Source of the DNA: a virus | Lineage: Duplodnaviria > Caudoviricetes | DNA length: 39,269 nt | Reading direction: 5' to 3' (one strand) | Virus record (IMG/VR): IMGVR_UViG_3300011442_000017 | Coordinates: 1 to 39,269 of that record | Part shown: one piece after another, positions 7,447 to 14,640 of the stretch | Layout of the letters: each line of letters starts with the position of its first letter | Numbering within the stretch: position 1 is the first letter of the stretch | Position numbers and translations under genes: made by a program | The notes under the pieces: generated by a model | Databases searched by the model: none | Told to the model about the DNA's origin: nothing | What the model saw: only the letters and a program-made list of their open reading frames with translations

Positions 7447-8679
7447 TCAATCCTTGTACGGATCGAATTCGTTCGCGCCCGCCATCACAACGATCACGGG
7501 CGTCAGGGTGTGCAGCACCTCGACCGTCGGTCCCTGTGCCTTCAGCACATCAGGGAGACGCCGGTAGGCCTGCGGTGACTCGTCGAGGCCGCCGCCACGC
7601 AGAATGACGCCACGCGGGCCGATCCACTCGCGCACCATGTCCCAGGTGACCTTGCCGACTTTCTTCACCTCGCCGGTCTTGCGGTTGACCTTCCCGGCCG
7701 CCTCGGTGCGGGACATGACCCGCCCCGCGCCGTGCACGGTGCTGAAGTACGCGCTCTCCTGAAGGGCCAACGTCGCCGCCGGGTCGTCGGTGTCCACCGG
7801 ATCGACGCCGCGCAGGATCACCGCGTCGTCGCCCATCGAGCCGCCGACAAAGCCAAGCTGGCCGGGGAACGCGGGCGTCGCGCCCTTGCGAATGACGATC
7901 ATGTCGGTCGCAGGATTCTCAAGCCACGCAAAGTTGTGGTGGTTGTGCACCATCTCGACTTCCTTCGCGCCGATCATCTCGACGACCTTCCGCGCGACCC
8001 ACTCGCGCCCCGCATACGCATAGCGGCCCGCGAGATTCATCAGGTGCCAGTACGCCTCGCCGATGTCGCCGTCATGAATGTTGAGCAGCCGCTCCTGCTC
8101 GGGCACGCGCTCGGTCCACCGCTTGCCCTGCGACAGCGACAGGAAGCCGCTCGCTATTGTGTGGCCGAAGCCCCGTGAACCGAAGTGCACGCCGACCCAT
8201 ACGCGCCCGGTCTCGTCGCTGAAGACATCGACGTAGTGGTTGCCGGAGCCGACGGTCCCAAGCTGCGACCGCGCCTTGCCCTTCAGGTTGTGCGCGTTCG
8301 CGTCGTGGGGGAACAGCGCCCACTCGGGTGCCTCGAAGAGCGGATCGTCCACCGGCGCGTCGTCGGCTGCATTGGTGCGCCCGACACCGAAGGAAATCTG
8401 CTCCTGAATCATGTCCGCCAGGGTCTCTAGCTCGGCGGACGAGTACTGGCCGATGTTCATGTCGGTCCGAATCGCGGCGTTGCCGCATGCAATATCGAAG
8501 CCAACGCCGACGGGGGAGACGAGGCCGGTGTAGGCCGCGACACCGCCGATGGGCATAACGTAGCCGAGGTGGCCGTCGGCCATCAGGGCCGCGCCGTCGG
8601 CGCGACTCGCGACGTCGCGTAGCTGCACGAGCGTCTTCTCGTCGTGGGTGCCGAAGATGCCGCGAATGTTATCGGTCAT
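7447..8679 (-). CDS. rtcB: RtcB RNA 2',3'-cyclic phosphate/3'-P to 5'-OH ligase
   Basis: DGHLGY..PIGG, GFDIACG, QLGTVGSGNHY, HFGSRG, HNHHN, RKGATPA, GSMG, STVHGAGR, DESPQAYR. ATG 8679 with GGAGGG SD. Confidence 0.95.
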   Translation of the reverse strand: MTDNIRGIFGTHDEKTLVQLRDVASRADGAALMADGHLGYVMPIGGVAAYTGLVSPVGVGFDIACGNAAIRTDMNIGQYSSAELETLADMIQEQISFGVGRTNAADDAPVDDPLFEAPEWALFPHDANAHNLKGKARSQLGTVGSGNHYVDVFSDETGRVWVGVHFGSRGFGHTIASGFLSLSQGKRWTERVPEQERLLNIHDGDIGEAYWHLMNLAGRYAYAGREWVARKVVEMIGAKEVEMVHNHHNFAWLENPATDMIVIRKGATPAFPGQLGFVGGSMGDDAVILRGVDPVDTDDPAATLALQESAYFSTVHGAGRVMSRTEAAGKVNRKTGEVKKVGKVTWDMVREWIGPRGVILRGGGLDESPQAYRRLPDVLKAQGPTVEVLHTLTPVIVVMAGANEFDPYKD

Positions 8680-8987
8680 GCTCCCTCCAAGTAGACGACT
8701 CGGTTGTCGAGCGGCCCGCCAAAGGCTCCATGCGGGGCGACGATGATGCGATCCAGCACCGGCGTCGCGGCGAGGTGCTTCGTCATGGCCGCGACCTGAA
8801 AGGCGTAGTAGCGATCTTCCTCGAAGCTGAAGCGCGTCCATTCCTGCTTGCGCTCGCGGTCAGCGTCGGTGCTCTTCCTCTACTGCAGGTTCGCGTGCCA
8901 GCCGCAGGCCGGGCAGTGGTGCACCAGCGGGTAGAGCACGACGGTCTTCCCGCAACCGGCCGGGCAGTCGATCAACGCACGGAGCAC
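8676..8987 (-). pseudogene. Zn-ribbon protein ORF interrupted by an in-frame TAG (8880-8882), or two small genes
   Basis: MLRALIDCPAGCGKTVVLYPLVHHCPACGWHANLQ*RKSTDADRERKQEWTRFSFEEDRYYAFQVAAMTKHL...VYLEGA*. The frame continues to an ATGA overlap with rtcB. Confidence 0.5.
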
Positions 8988-9334
8988 AGGCCCGCCTCTC
9001 TGAGTAGCTCACGCGCCCGACGACTCGGACCCTTCGTGAGGAAGCCACAACCCCGGCCGTAGTAGCCGGGCGCTTCGGTGAATTGGTGTACCGTTGGGTC
9101 GAGAACATAGAGCCCGTCGGCCGATCTGAGGTACCAGTGCGTCGCGGCGTAGACACACGAGCCGTCCCGGAGCGCGAAGCCTCCGGGCAGCCGCATGACC
9201 TGGGGGACCCAGCCCGAGGCCTTGCCCCCGATGGCGTGGTAGACCGCCTCGGCGGCAACGTAGCAACGCCCGGTCGGATCGACGAGCGCGCCTACGATGC
9301 GGGTGTACATCTCCGCTTGATGGGTCGTCAGCAT
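8972..9334 (-). CDS. hypothetical protein, possible Cys-His-Asp (transglutaminase/papain-like) fold
   Basis: GRCYVAAEA...THWYL...VLDPT order and spacing. Confidence 0.65.
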   Translation of the reverse strand: MLTTHQAEMYTRIVGALVDPTGRCYVAAEAVYHAIGGKASGWVPQVMRLPGGFALRDGSCVYAATHWYLRSADGLYVLDPTVHQFTEAPGYYGRGCGFLTKGPSRRARELLREAGLCSVR

Positions 9335-9335
9335 A

Positions 9336-9632
9336 CTACCAGCCCGCCGGGCCGCGCTTGAAGGGTTCCGGCCGAACGATCTGGAAGCTGAATGGGCCGT
9401 TGTACGGGTTCGGGCCGATGCGGTCGAAGCTGTCGATGAAGTCCGACGCGCGCTCCGGCAGAGAGGCGTCGCGCTCCTGGCCGTTGGGCGAGGAGAAGGT
9501 CATGCTGCCACTGCCAACGGAGACGGACTTGTTCCAGTTGACCGCGCGTCGAATGGCGCGGGCGACGGGGCACTTCTCGGTCGAGCACTTCACGCCCCGG
9601 TTGATGTCGAGTTGCGTCACGCGAATCCACAT
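9336..9632 (-). CDS. hypothetical protein (98 aa)
   Basis: GAGGAG SD; IRVTQLDINRG...CPVARAIRR. Confidence 0.7.
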   Translation of the reverse strand: MWIRVTQLDINRGVKCSTEKCPVARAIRRAVNWNKSVSVGSGSMTFSSPNGQERDASLPERASDFIDSFDRIGPNPYNGPFSFQIVRPEPFKRGPAGW

Positions 9633-9645
9633 GGTCGTTGTCTCC

Positions 9646-10113
9646 TCAGTAGTCGATGTGACGGATGGTCCCGTCGGGGAACAGCGCGAAATTCCAGTCG
9701 TGTGTATCGCCGATGTTGTACCGCGACTCGACGATGTTCTCGGCGCGAGTCAGCCGCGCGTCGAGCCGATCCTTCGTCGCACTTGGCAATCGCGCGAAGA
9801 CCCGTCCCTTCGGCTGGGCGACGAGGGTCTTCGCCAACTCGATAGTCGGGCACAGGGTCCGCGCCCGGCGGTAGCGCGACGCGGCCGGAGAGATGCTGCG
9901 CCAACCTGTCGTCTTCACTACGACGCGCGGACCGATGACGACTTCTCGCTCGACGCCACACAGTTTGTCCGGCAGCCGGTCATAGCCCGCTCGCTTGAGC
10001 GCGCGGGGAAAGGGTTTGCTCCGATCCGCGAACCACAGCACGAGCAGCCTCACAATGCGCTGCGGTATCGCCGCGCGCAGCGCCGTCCTCGTCATCGGGA
10101 TGGCCCTAGACAT
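9646..10113 (-). CDS. minimal protein-kinase-like (PKL/APH fold) protein
   Basis: VVVK (beta3 Lys) and IGDTHDWNFAL...IRHIDY (catalytic loop DxHxxN plus DFG-equivalent DY). Confidence 0.6.
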   Translation of the reverse strand: MSRAIPMTRTALRAAIPQRIVRLLVLWFADRSKPFPRALKRAGYDRLPDKLCGVEREVVIGPRVVVKTTGWRSISPAASRYRRARTLCPTIELAKTLVAQPKGRVFARLPSATKDRLDARLTRAENIVESRYNIGDTHDWNFALFPDGTIRHIDY

Positions 10114-10546
10114 CGTAGCCTCTCCTCTGCAACTCGCGCTTCTCGCGCCGTGCCTTCCGCTCCGCGCGCTTCACCGTCGTCGAGGCATCAGCCCGCACGA
10201 GCCGCATGGGCGTCATGCCCCGGATGCGGGTGAAGCTCACGATCACGTCGGCTTCCTCCTCGCTGCGCGCTCGGACATATACCGTTGCGTCCGGTGCGGT
10301 GAAGGTCTCGATGCCATCCTTCCGGGCGTGGGTCCAGCCCCTCGTTCCCTCGGGGCTCTCGATCTGCGCCGGGCCGTCGAGTGCATCCGCCGCGAAGTCC
10401 AGCGCGGTCTCGGGCGGCGTGTGCATGCACGGGCCGGGGGCGACACACTCGCCATTCGGTAGCGTGACGCAGTTGGCGTCCGCATCCTGGGCGGGAGTCA
10501 GCCCGGCCTGCTCGATCATCTGCTCCGGCGTTGGCTCGAAGTCCAT
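10106..10546 (-). CDS. hypothetical protein (146 aa)
   Basis: AGGAG SD; N-terminal C..C..C.H cluster; basic C-terminus. Confidence 0.7.
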   Translation of the reverse strand: MDFEPTPEQMIEQAGLTPAQDADANCVTLPNGECVAPGPCMHTPPETALDFAADALDGPAQIESPEGTRGWTHARKDGIETFTAPDATVYVRARSEEEADVIVSFTRIRGMTPMRLVRADASTTVKRAERKARREKRELQRRGYDV

Positions 10547-10554
10547 GCGCTCTC

Positions 10555-10731
10555 CTAGATGAAGACCACGACCGCGTCGGTGCGGCCGTCTACGACGTAC
10601 ACCTCGATGCCCAGGACGTCCTGCAGCAGCTTGCCGTCCTGAATCGCGCGGTGTAGCTCGGAGTACTCGACATGCTCGCCGCGCGCGGGCACCAGCGCGC
10701 CGGTGATGGCGCGCGTCTTCAGCACAAACAC
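10555..10731 (-). CDS. hypothetical protein (start uncertain)
   Basis: VFVLKTRAITGALVPARGEHVEY...; fills the gap between neighbours. Confidence 0.5.
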   Translation of the reverse strand: MFVLKTRAITGALVPARGEHVEYSELHRAIQDGKLLQDVLGIEVYVVDGRTDAVVVFI

Positions 10732-10738
10732 GTCGGGC

Positions 10739-10882
10739 TTACCAGTACTTGACGACGAAGTGGGCGATGACATAGAGCACCCCCAGGTAGATGACGCACT
10801 GCACGAGACAGCCGAACACGAGACCACAACCCTCGGCCGTGACGGCTGGGCCGGGCATCGGTCGATACTTGAACCACGTCAC
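10739..10882 (-). CDS. small membrane protein (47 aa)
   Basis: Manual translation MTWFKYRPMPGPAVTAEGCGLVFGCLVQCVIYLGVLYVIAHFVVKYW; GAGGAGG SD; C-terminal HFxxKxW is common in small phage membrane proteins. Confidence 0.7.
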   Translation of the reverse strand: MTWFKYRPMPGPAVTAEGCGLVFGCLVQCVIYLGVLYVIAHFVVKYW

Positions 10883-10892
10883 GCGGTCCTCC

Positions 10893-11552
10893 TCAGTAGG
10901 GCAGGTTGTGGCGTGCATGAATCTTCAGGGCCTTCGCACGCTCCACGCCGATGCGACGCGCGACGCTGCTCCGACAGTCATCGACGAAGCTGTAGCGAGT
11001 CTCGGGGTCGTCCGCGCGCACGCGGTACAGCACGAGTCCCGCCAACGTCGCCTGCGGAAACTTGTACGCCACCTGCGCGTCGATCCGCTCGATGGTCTCG
11101 CCCGAACAGATGAAGTCGTCGATGATGGCATAGCGCAGCGGCCGGTGCGGCAGGACGCCGTTCACGCGGTAGCTGTCGCCCTTCGGCCGCTCGTCATCCT
11201 TGCGGACGGCGATCATCGGGATACCGAGGCGGTACGACACTGCACCGCACAGCGGCAGGCCGGAGTGGCCCGAGCCCGCGACGGCCTCGTAACCGCCCGC
11301 CTTCACCTCGGCAACGGCCCACTCGACGACGGTCGCGAAGAGCGTCGGATCGAAAATCTCGCGCGTGTGCTCGGGCGCGATGACGTCGCGATCCACCTCG
11401 GTGTCGCGCAGCGGCGCGAGCGAGGCGACGGCGGCTGGGTCCGACGACGGGTGAATAAGCGGCGAGGGAAACGCCGCGCGCCACGTCGCGTTCAGGTCGC
11501 CGAGGTTGTATCTCGCCATCTCTTCGAGCTTGCGGTCATACACGAGCGACAT
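10893..11552 (-). CDS. type I phosphoribosyltransferase (OPRT/APRT-like)
   Basis: AVAGSGHSGLP...IAVRK...YAIIDDFICSGETI (PRPP-binding loop). Confidence 0.8.
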   Translation of the reverse strand: MSLVYDRKLEEMARYNLGDLNATWRAAFPSPLIHPSSDPAAVASLAPLRDTEVDRDVIAPEHTREIFDPTLFATVVEWAVAEVKAGGYEAVAGSGHSGLPLCGAVSYRLGIPMIAVRKDDERPKGDSYRVNGVLPHRPLRYAIIDDFICSGETIERIDAQVAYKFPQATLAGLVLYRVRADDPETRYSFVDDCRSSVARRIGVERAKALKIHARHNLPY

Positions 11553-11605
11553 GCGCTTGCTCCGGTTCAGGTTGTCGGCCGGGCTTGGGACCGGCCTGCC
11601 GCATT

Positions 11606-11627
11606 GGTGGGGCCGTGAGGCCCCACC
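11606..11627 (-). terminator. GC hairpin after DUF932 gene (terminator or processing site)
   Basis: GGTGGGGCC-TCAC-GGCCCCACC, 9-bp stem; no clear U tract. Confidence 0.4.
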
Positions 11628-11638
11628 CCTCTGCGAGG

Positions 11639-12727
11639 TTAGAAGGTCAGGTCGAGGAGCTTCCCGGCCGCCTTGTCGAGCGCAAACCGCTCGTCGGCGT
11701 AGGTCGTCTCCTGCGAGTACCGGGTGACGCCCTGCGCGATGCCCCACACCGTGCGGGGGTCGCCATCTTCCTCGGGCACGACGGCGTCGTAGCTGGCTTC
11801 GAGCGCCTTCTTCGACAGGCCGAGCGACCGCTTGCCGAACAGGGTGTCGAGGACGTCTTCCTTCGTCGAGGCGATCCGCGCGGTCAACTGCTTGAAGCGC
11901 GTCTCCTCCATCGAGGTGGACGAGTCGAGGTAACGGCGAATCGAGACCGTCGCGTCGAGCCAGCGGTTGCGAATCTCGCCGATGTGGTTGAGGCGCACTT
12001 CGAGCAACCGCTCCGCGCCCCAGATGATGTGGTTCCAGCAGACTTCACGGAACCAGAAGCCGAGCACTCCGAGCGAACGGTCGCCCACCTCCGAGTTGTT
12101 GACGATGATGCCGCGATAGAGCGGCTGGCCCACGGGGTCCACGACCTGCTTGTCGCTCATGAGGAAGGCGAACATGTCGTGGTCGGATGCGTATAGCGAA
12201 CGGGACGGGACGCCGTTCAGGTCGTTGCCGTCGGGGTTGTCCGCGCCGCCCATCGTGGTGCGGCCGGGGACGAGATTCTGGCGCTGGCTCAGGTCAATCA
12301 GCCGCGCGATCACCTCGTGGTTCCAGACCCGCGCGTACTTGTCGGACGTCGCGGCCCTCAAGGTCAACTGCTCGCCGCGCTGGAAGAGCAGCGAGGCCCA
12401 GCCCGACACCTTCTCCTTCAGTCCGAAGTTGAGGTTCTGCGCCGCGAGGGTTGCGGGCAGGTCGCGCAGGTAGGCCGCCGGGGCACCGATGCGCGCCGCC
12501 AACTGGCCGAAGGCGTAGTGCGCGATCTTCGCGCCGATGCCTGCCTTGCCCACCAACGACAGGTCATCGCCCTGCGCCTCGACGCGCAGGTCGGTCCAGG
12601 GAACGTCCTTCTCGGCCGAGGCCTTGGCGTAGGCCAGGGTCTGGGCGTGCATCGCTTCGAGCGAGGTGAACCGCTCGTCGGCCGGTCGCGTCGCCCACTG
12701 GTGGGAGGCTGCGGAAATCTGCGTCAT
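11639..12727 (-). CDS. DUF932/DUF945-family protein
   Basis: QWATRPADERF, LRAATSDKYARVWN, LYASDHDMFAF, RGIIVNNSEVG, FREVCWNHIIWG, TVWGIAQGVT. Confidence 0.8.
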   Translation of the reverse strand: MTQISAASHQWATRPADERFTSLEAMHAQTLAYAKASAEKDVPWTDLRVEAQGDDLSLVGKAGIGAKIAHYAFGQLAARIGAPAAYLRDLPATLAAQNLNFGLKEKVSGWASLLFQRGEQLTLRAATSDKYARVWNHEVIARLIDLSQRQNLVPGRTTMGGADNPDGNDLNGVPSRSLYASDHDMFAFLMSDKQVVDPVGQPLYRGIIVNNSEVGDRSLGVLGFWFREVCWNHIIWGAERLLEVRLNHIGEIRNRWLDATVSIRRYLDSSTSMEETRFKQLTARIASTKEDVLDTLFGKRSLGLSKKALEASYDAVVPEEDGDPRTVWGIAQGVTRYSQETTYADERFALDKAAGKLLDLTF

Positions 12728-12817
12728 GGTCTTCGATCCTTTCGTGGTCCGAACGGTCGCGCCGTCGGCACCGGGTGACGAATGCAGGGTGTCTGCATTC
12801 GGTTCTGCGTACCACTC

Positions 12818-12847
12818 AATCTAGCGCCGAGGGCGTAGATAGCGCAA
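12818..12847 (-). promoter_or_regulatory. sigma70-like promoter upstream of DUF932
   Basis: TTGCGC-N18-TAGATT on the minus strand. Confidence 0.4.
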
Positions 12848-12880
12848 GGGTGTTCCCTCATAGCTAATCTACGCCCTCGG
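12827..12880. repeat. 14-bp perfect inverted repeat
   Basis: CCGAGGGCGTAGAT (12827-12840) / ATCTACGCCCTCGG (12867-12880). Confidence 0.85.
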
Positions 12881-12884
12881 TCAA
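12857..12884 (-). promoter_or_regulatory. conserved phage promoter-like motif, copy B
   Basis: TTGACC-gagggcg-TAGATTAGC-TATGAG. Confidence 0.75.
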
Positions 12885-12888
12885 TCCC

Positions 12889-12903
12889 GTGTCATAATGA
12901 CAC
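12889..12903. promoter_or_regulatory. palindromic operator-like box GTGTCA-TAA-TGACAC
   Basis: Exact reverse complement of 14360-14374; directly upstream of motif copy B. Confidence 0.6.
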
Positions 12904-13277
12904 TACTTCTCCTGGTACCTCCGGTCGCCGTCGATGTGAAACCCCTGGTACAGCGCCACCTCGGGCACGATGAAGCTGCCGTCGTCCTGCACGCGGTCCC
13001 GATCTTCCTCCGTCAGCGGGGCCTTGGGGGTCACCGCCGATGCAGACCGAACGCGCTGCAGCGCCGTCTCGCTGGAAAACACCTCGCCGACGTCGGCGTA
13101 GGGGTTGAGGTTCGGGGCCAGATAGACCCCAATGCCGGGGACAAGGTCGATGACGAAGGCATCGCCGACCGACGTCACGCGGGCTCTGGGAAACCCATCG
13201 ACGTCGGCCAGGAAATCACGCGCCTTCTCGAAGGTCGGGAATGAGCGCGCGTCTAAGACATCACGAACCGTTTTCAT
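12903..13277 (-). CDS. hypothetical early protein (124 aa)
   Basis: GGAGGT SD; in the early operon. Confidence 0.7.
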   Translation of the reverse strand: MKTVRDVLDARSFPTFEKARDFLADVDGFPRARVTSVGDAFVIDLVPGIGVYLAPNLNPYADVGEVFSSETALQRVRSASAVTPKAPLTEEDRDRVQDDGSFIVPEVALYQGFHIDGDRRYQEK

Positions 13278-13281
13278 GCCG

Positions 13282-13506
13282 CTACCTCCGTGAGTGGTAC
13301 GTCAGGACGGGCACGTCGGACCACGCGATCTGCCGCTCGGTCCCGTCGCGCCCGATGAACCAGCCACCATCGTCGTCGGTGGCGTCGTCGAGCATCCACC
13401 AGCCCGTCTCGTCCTCGAAGAAGCCACCGGACTCAGGGCGAGGTTTCGCGGCGAGCGATGTACGCAGCGCCGCCATCAGGTCGATCACCTTGTTGCCTAC
13501 CGTCAT
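13282..13506 (-). CDS. 74-aa protein with Ku-like C-terminal helix motif (VIDLMAALRTSL)
   Basis: GGAGGT SD, ATGA overlap; the motif resembles the conserved bacterial Ku C-terminal helix. Confidence 0.7.
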   Translation of the reverse strand: MTVGNKVIDLMAALRTSLAAKPRPESGGFFEDETGWWMLDDATDDDGGWFIGRDGTERQIAWSDVPVLTYHSRR

Positions 13507-13976
13507 GTTAAAACCTCCACGCGGAAGGCGCGGTGCACGCGCGATCTTGCGCCGTACCACCCTCGCACCTTCCCATTGATGACGGCCTGGGCGTGGCCGT
13601 CGGTGAACACGATCCAGCGCCCACGCCTGCCCTTGCCGCGCTGGAATTGGCGGATCGTCGGCCGTCCGACGCGCTTGTACACCTCGCGCCCGCCCGAGAA
13701 TCCGATGGTCAGGCTGTCGTCGGGCTCGTACTCCTCGACGACGCGCACACCGGCCAAGCGAGCCCACTCGTTGATGGCGAGGAAGGTACCACGCGCGCCG
13801 CCTCCACGATTCAGCAGCGTGATGCCGTCTAACACCGGATGAATGCGGCGGTAGGCGCAGTCAGCGAGGCCAACGGCGTTCTTCGCCGAGGGCTTCGGGC
13901 CGACGCAGGTGAACGCAAGCACTACGCAGTGCTTGCGCTCGAAGGGGTTGTCGAAGCCGAGGGGTGCTAACCTCAC
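13503..13976 (-). CDS. hypothetical protein with Cys...His motif
   Basis: HCVVLAF...FTDGHAQAVINGKV; GTGA overlap with the upstream gene. Confidence 0.7.
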   Translation of the reverse strand: MRLAPLGFDNPFERKHCVVLAFTCVGPKPSAKNAVGLADCAYRRIHPVLDGITLLNRGGGARGTFLAINEWARLAGVRVVEEYEPDDSLTIGFSGGREVYKRVGRPTIRQFQRGKGRRGRWIVFTDGHAQAVINGKVRGWYGARSRVHRAFRVEVLT

Positions 13977-14212
13977 TGTGCCACCATCCCCTCGCCCCGG
14001 ATGCCAACGAGGACGTCGCCCACGAAGCGGGGCTCGACGACCAGAGCGCCGCCGAAGTATTGAACCTTGTCGCCCTCGGGCACGTTCTCCTCGAACCACG
14101 AACGCGCCTCGGGGGAGAGAGGGCGCAGGAGATACAGGCTGCCGTGGTTTTCGATCCGAACGTCTACGTAACTGCGCTTGCGCTTCACGGTGTTACCCTC
14201 GGTTGAAGTCAT
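13973..14212 (-). CDS. first early gene, hypothetical protein
   Basis: IENHGSLYLLRPLS..ARSWFEENV...GGALVVEPRF. ATG lies 6 nt after the -10 box (possibly leaderless); an alternative GTG with SD lies a few codons downstream. Confidence 0.7.
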   Translation of the reverse strand: MTSTEGNTVKRKRSYVDVRIENHGSLYLLRPLSPEARSWFEENVPEGDKVQYFGGALVVEPRFVGDVLVGIRGEGMVAQ

Positions 14213-14218
14213 GGAGGA

Positions 14219-14247
14219 ATAGTAGCGACCCGGCCGGGAAGGGTCAA
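14219..14247 (-). promoter_or_regulatory. sigma70-type early promoter
   Basis: TTGACC-N17-TACTAT, pointing into the leftward early operon. Confidence 0.75.
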
Positions 14248-14307
14248 GGGCCTTCCTCGGGCTCCACATGTTGCAAGAATCATGCCGTGAGGTCATGCGG
14301 GCTGTAC

Positions 14308-14374
14308 TGTCAGAGTGGCATGGACTGCCGGAACGGCATGACAGGGCGGCAGTGTGGGTGTGTCATTATGACAC
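14308..14374. repeat. cluster of TGHCR-N3-YGRCA palindromic boxes
   Basis: TGTCAgagTGGCA 14308, TGCCGgaaCGGCA 14326, TGACAgggCGGCA 14339, TGTCAttaTGACA 14361. Confidence 0.65.
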
Positions 14375-14397
14375 GATTTCTGGGTGCCATCCTCCAA

Positions 14398-14528
14398 CTG
14401 GACCGACTGGACCGCCTAGCTCTAATTATAGGCTCTCGCGAGATTCAACCTTATAGGGCATGCACTTACAGCATGCACTACTGTGGGCGGATACAGAAAG
14501 TGCGTTTTATGCGGTCCACTCGGTCCAG
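14398..14528. other. candidate replication origin: 18-bp inverted repeat flanking an AT-richer core
   Basis: CTGGACCGACTGGACCGC (14398-14415) / GCGGTCCACTCGGTCCAG (14511-14528), 17/18 match. The core has GCATGCACT twice and a TCTCGCGAGA palindrome. Confidence 0.45.
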
Positions 14529-14566
14529 CCCGAGGCGGCCGATCCGGCCGGTCAAGCGCCAGCATC

Positions 14567-14594
14567 TTGACACTGTCGCTACATTAGCTATGAG
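14567..14594 (+). promoter_or_regulatory. conserved phage promoter-like motif, copy C (upstream of terS)
   Basis: TTGACA-ctgtcgc-TACATTAGC-TATGAG. Confidence 0.75.
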
Positions 14595-14640
14595 CGGGTA
14601 GACGGTCCTCTTCTACTGTTGCACGTCCCGGTGGGGTCTC

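Noticed and set aside
8880-8882. Genome-wide amber recoding (genetic code 15)
   Set aside because: Many well-supported genes end in TAG with proper downstream coupling, long genes have no internal TAG, and the only tRNA-like element is not a suppressor.
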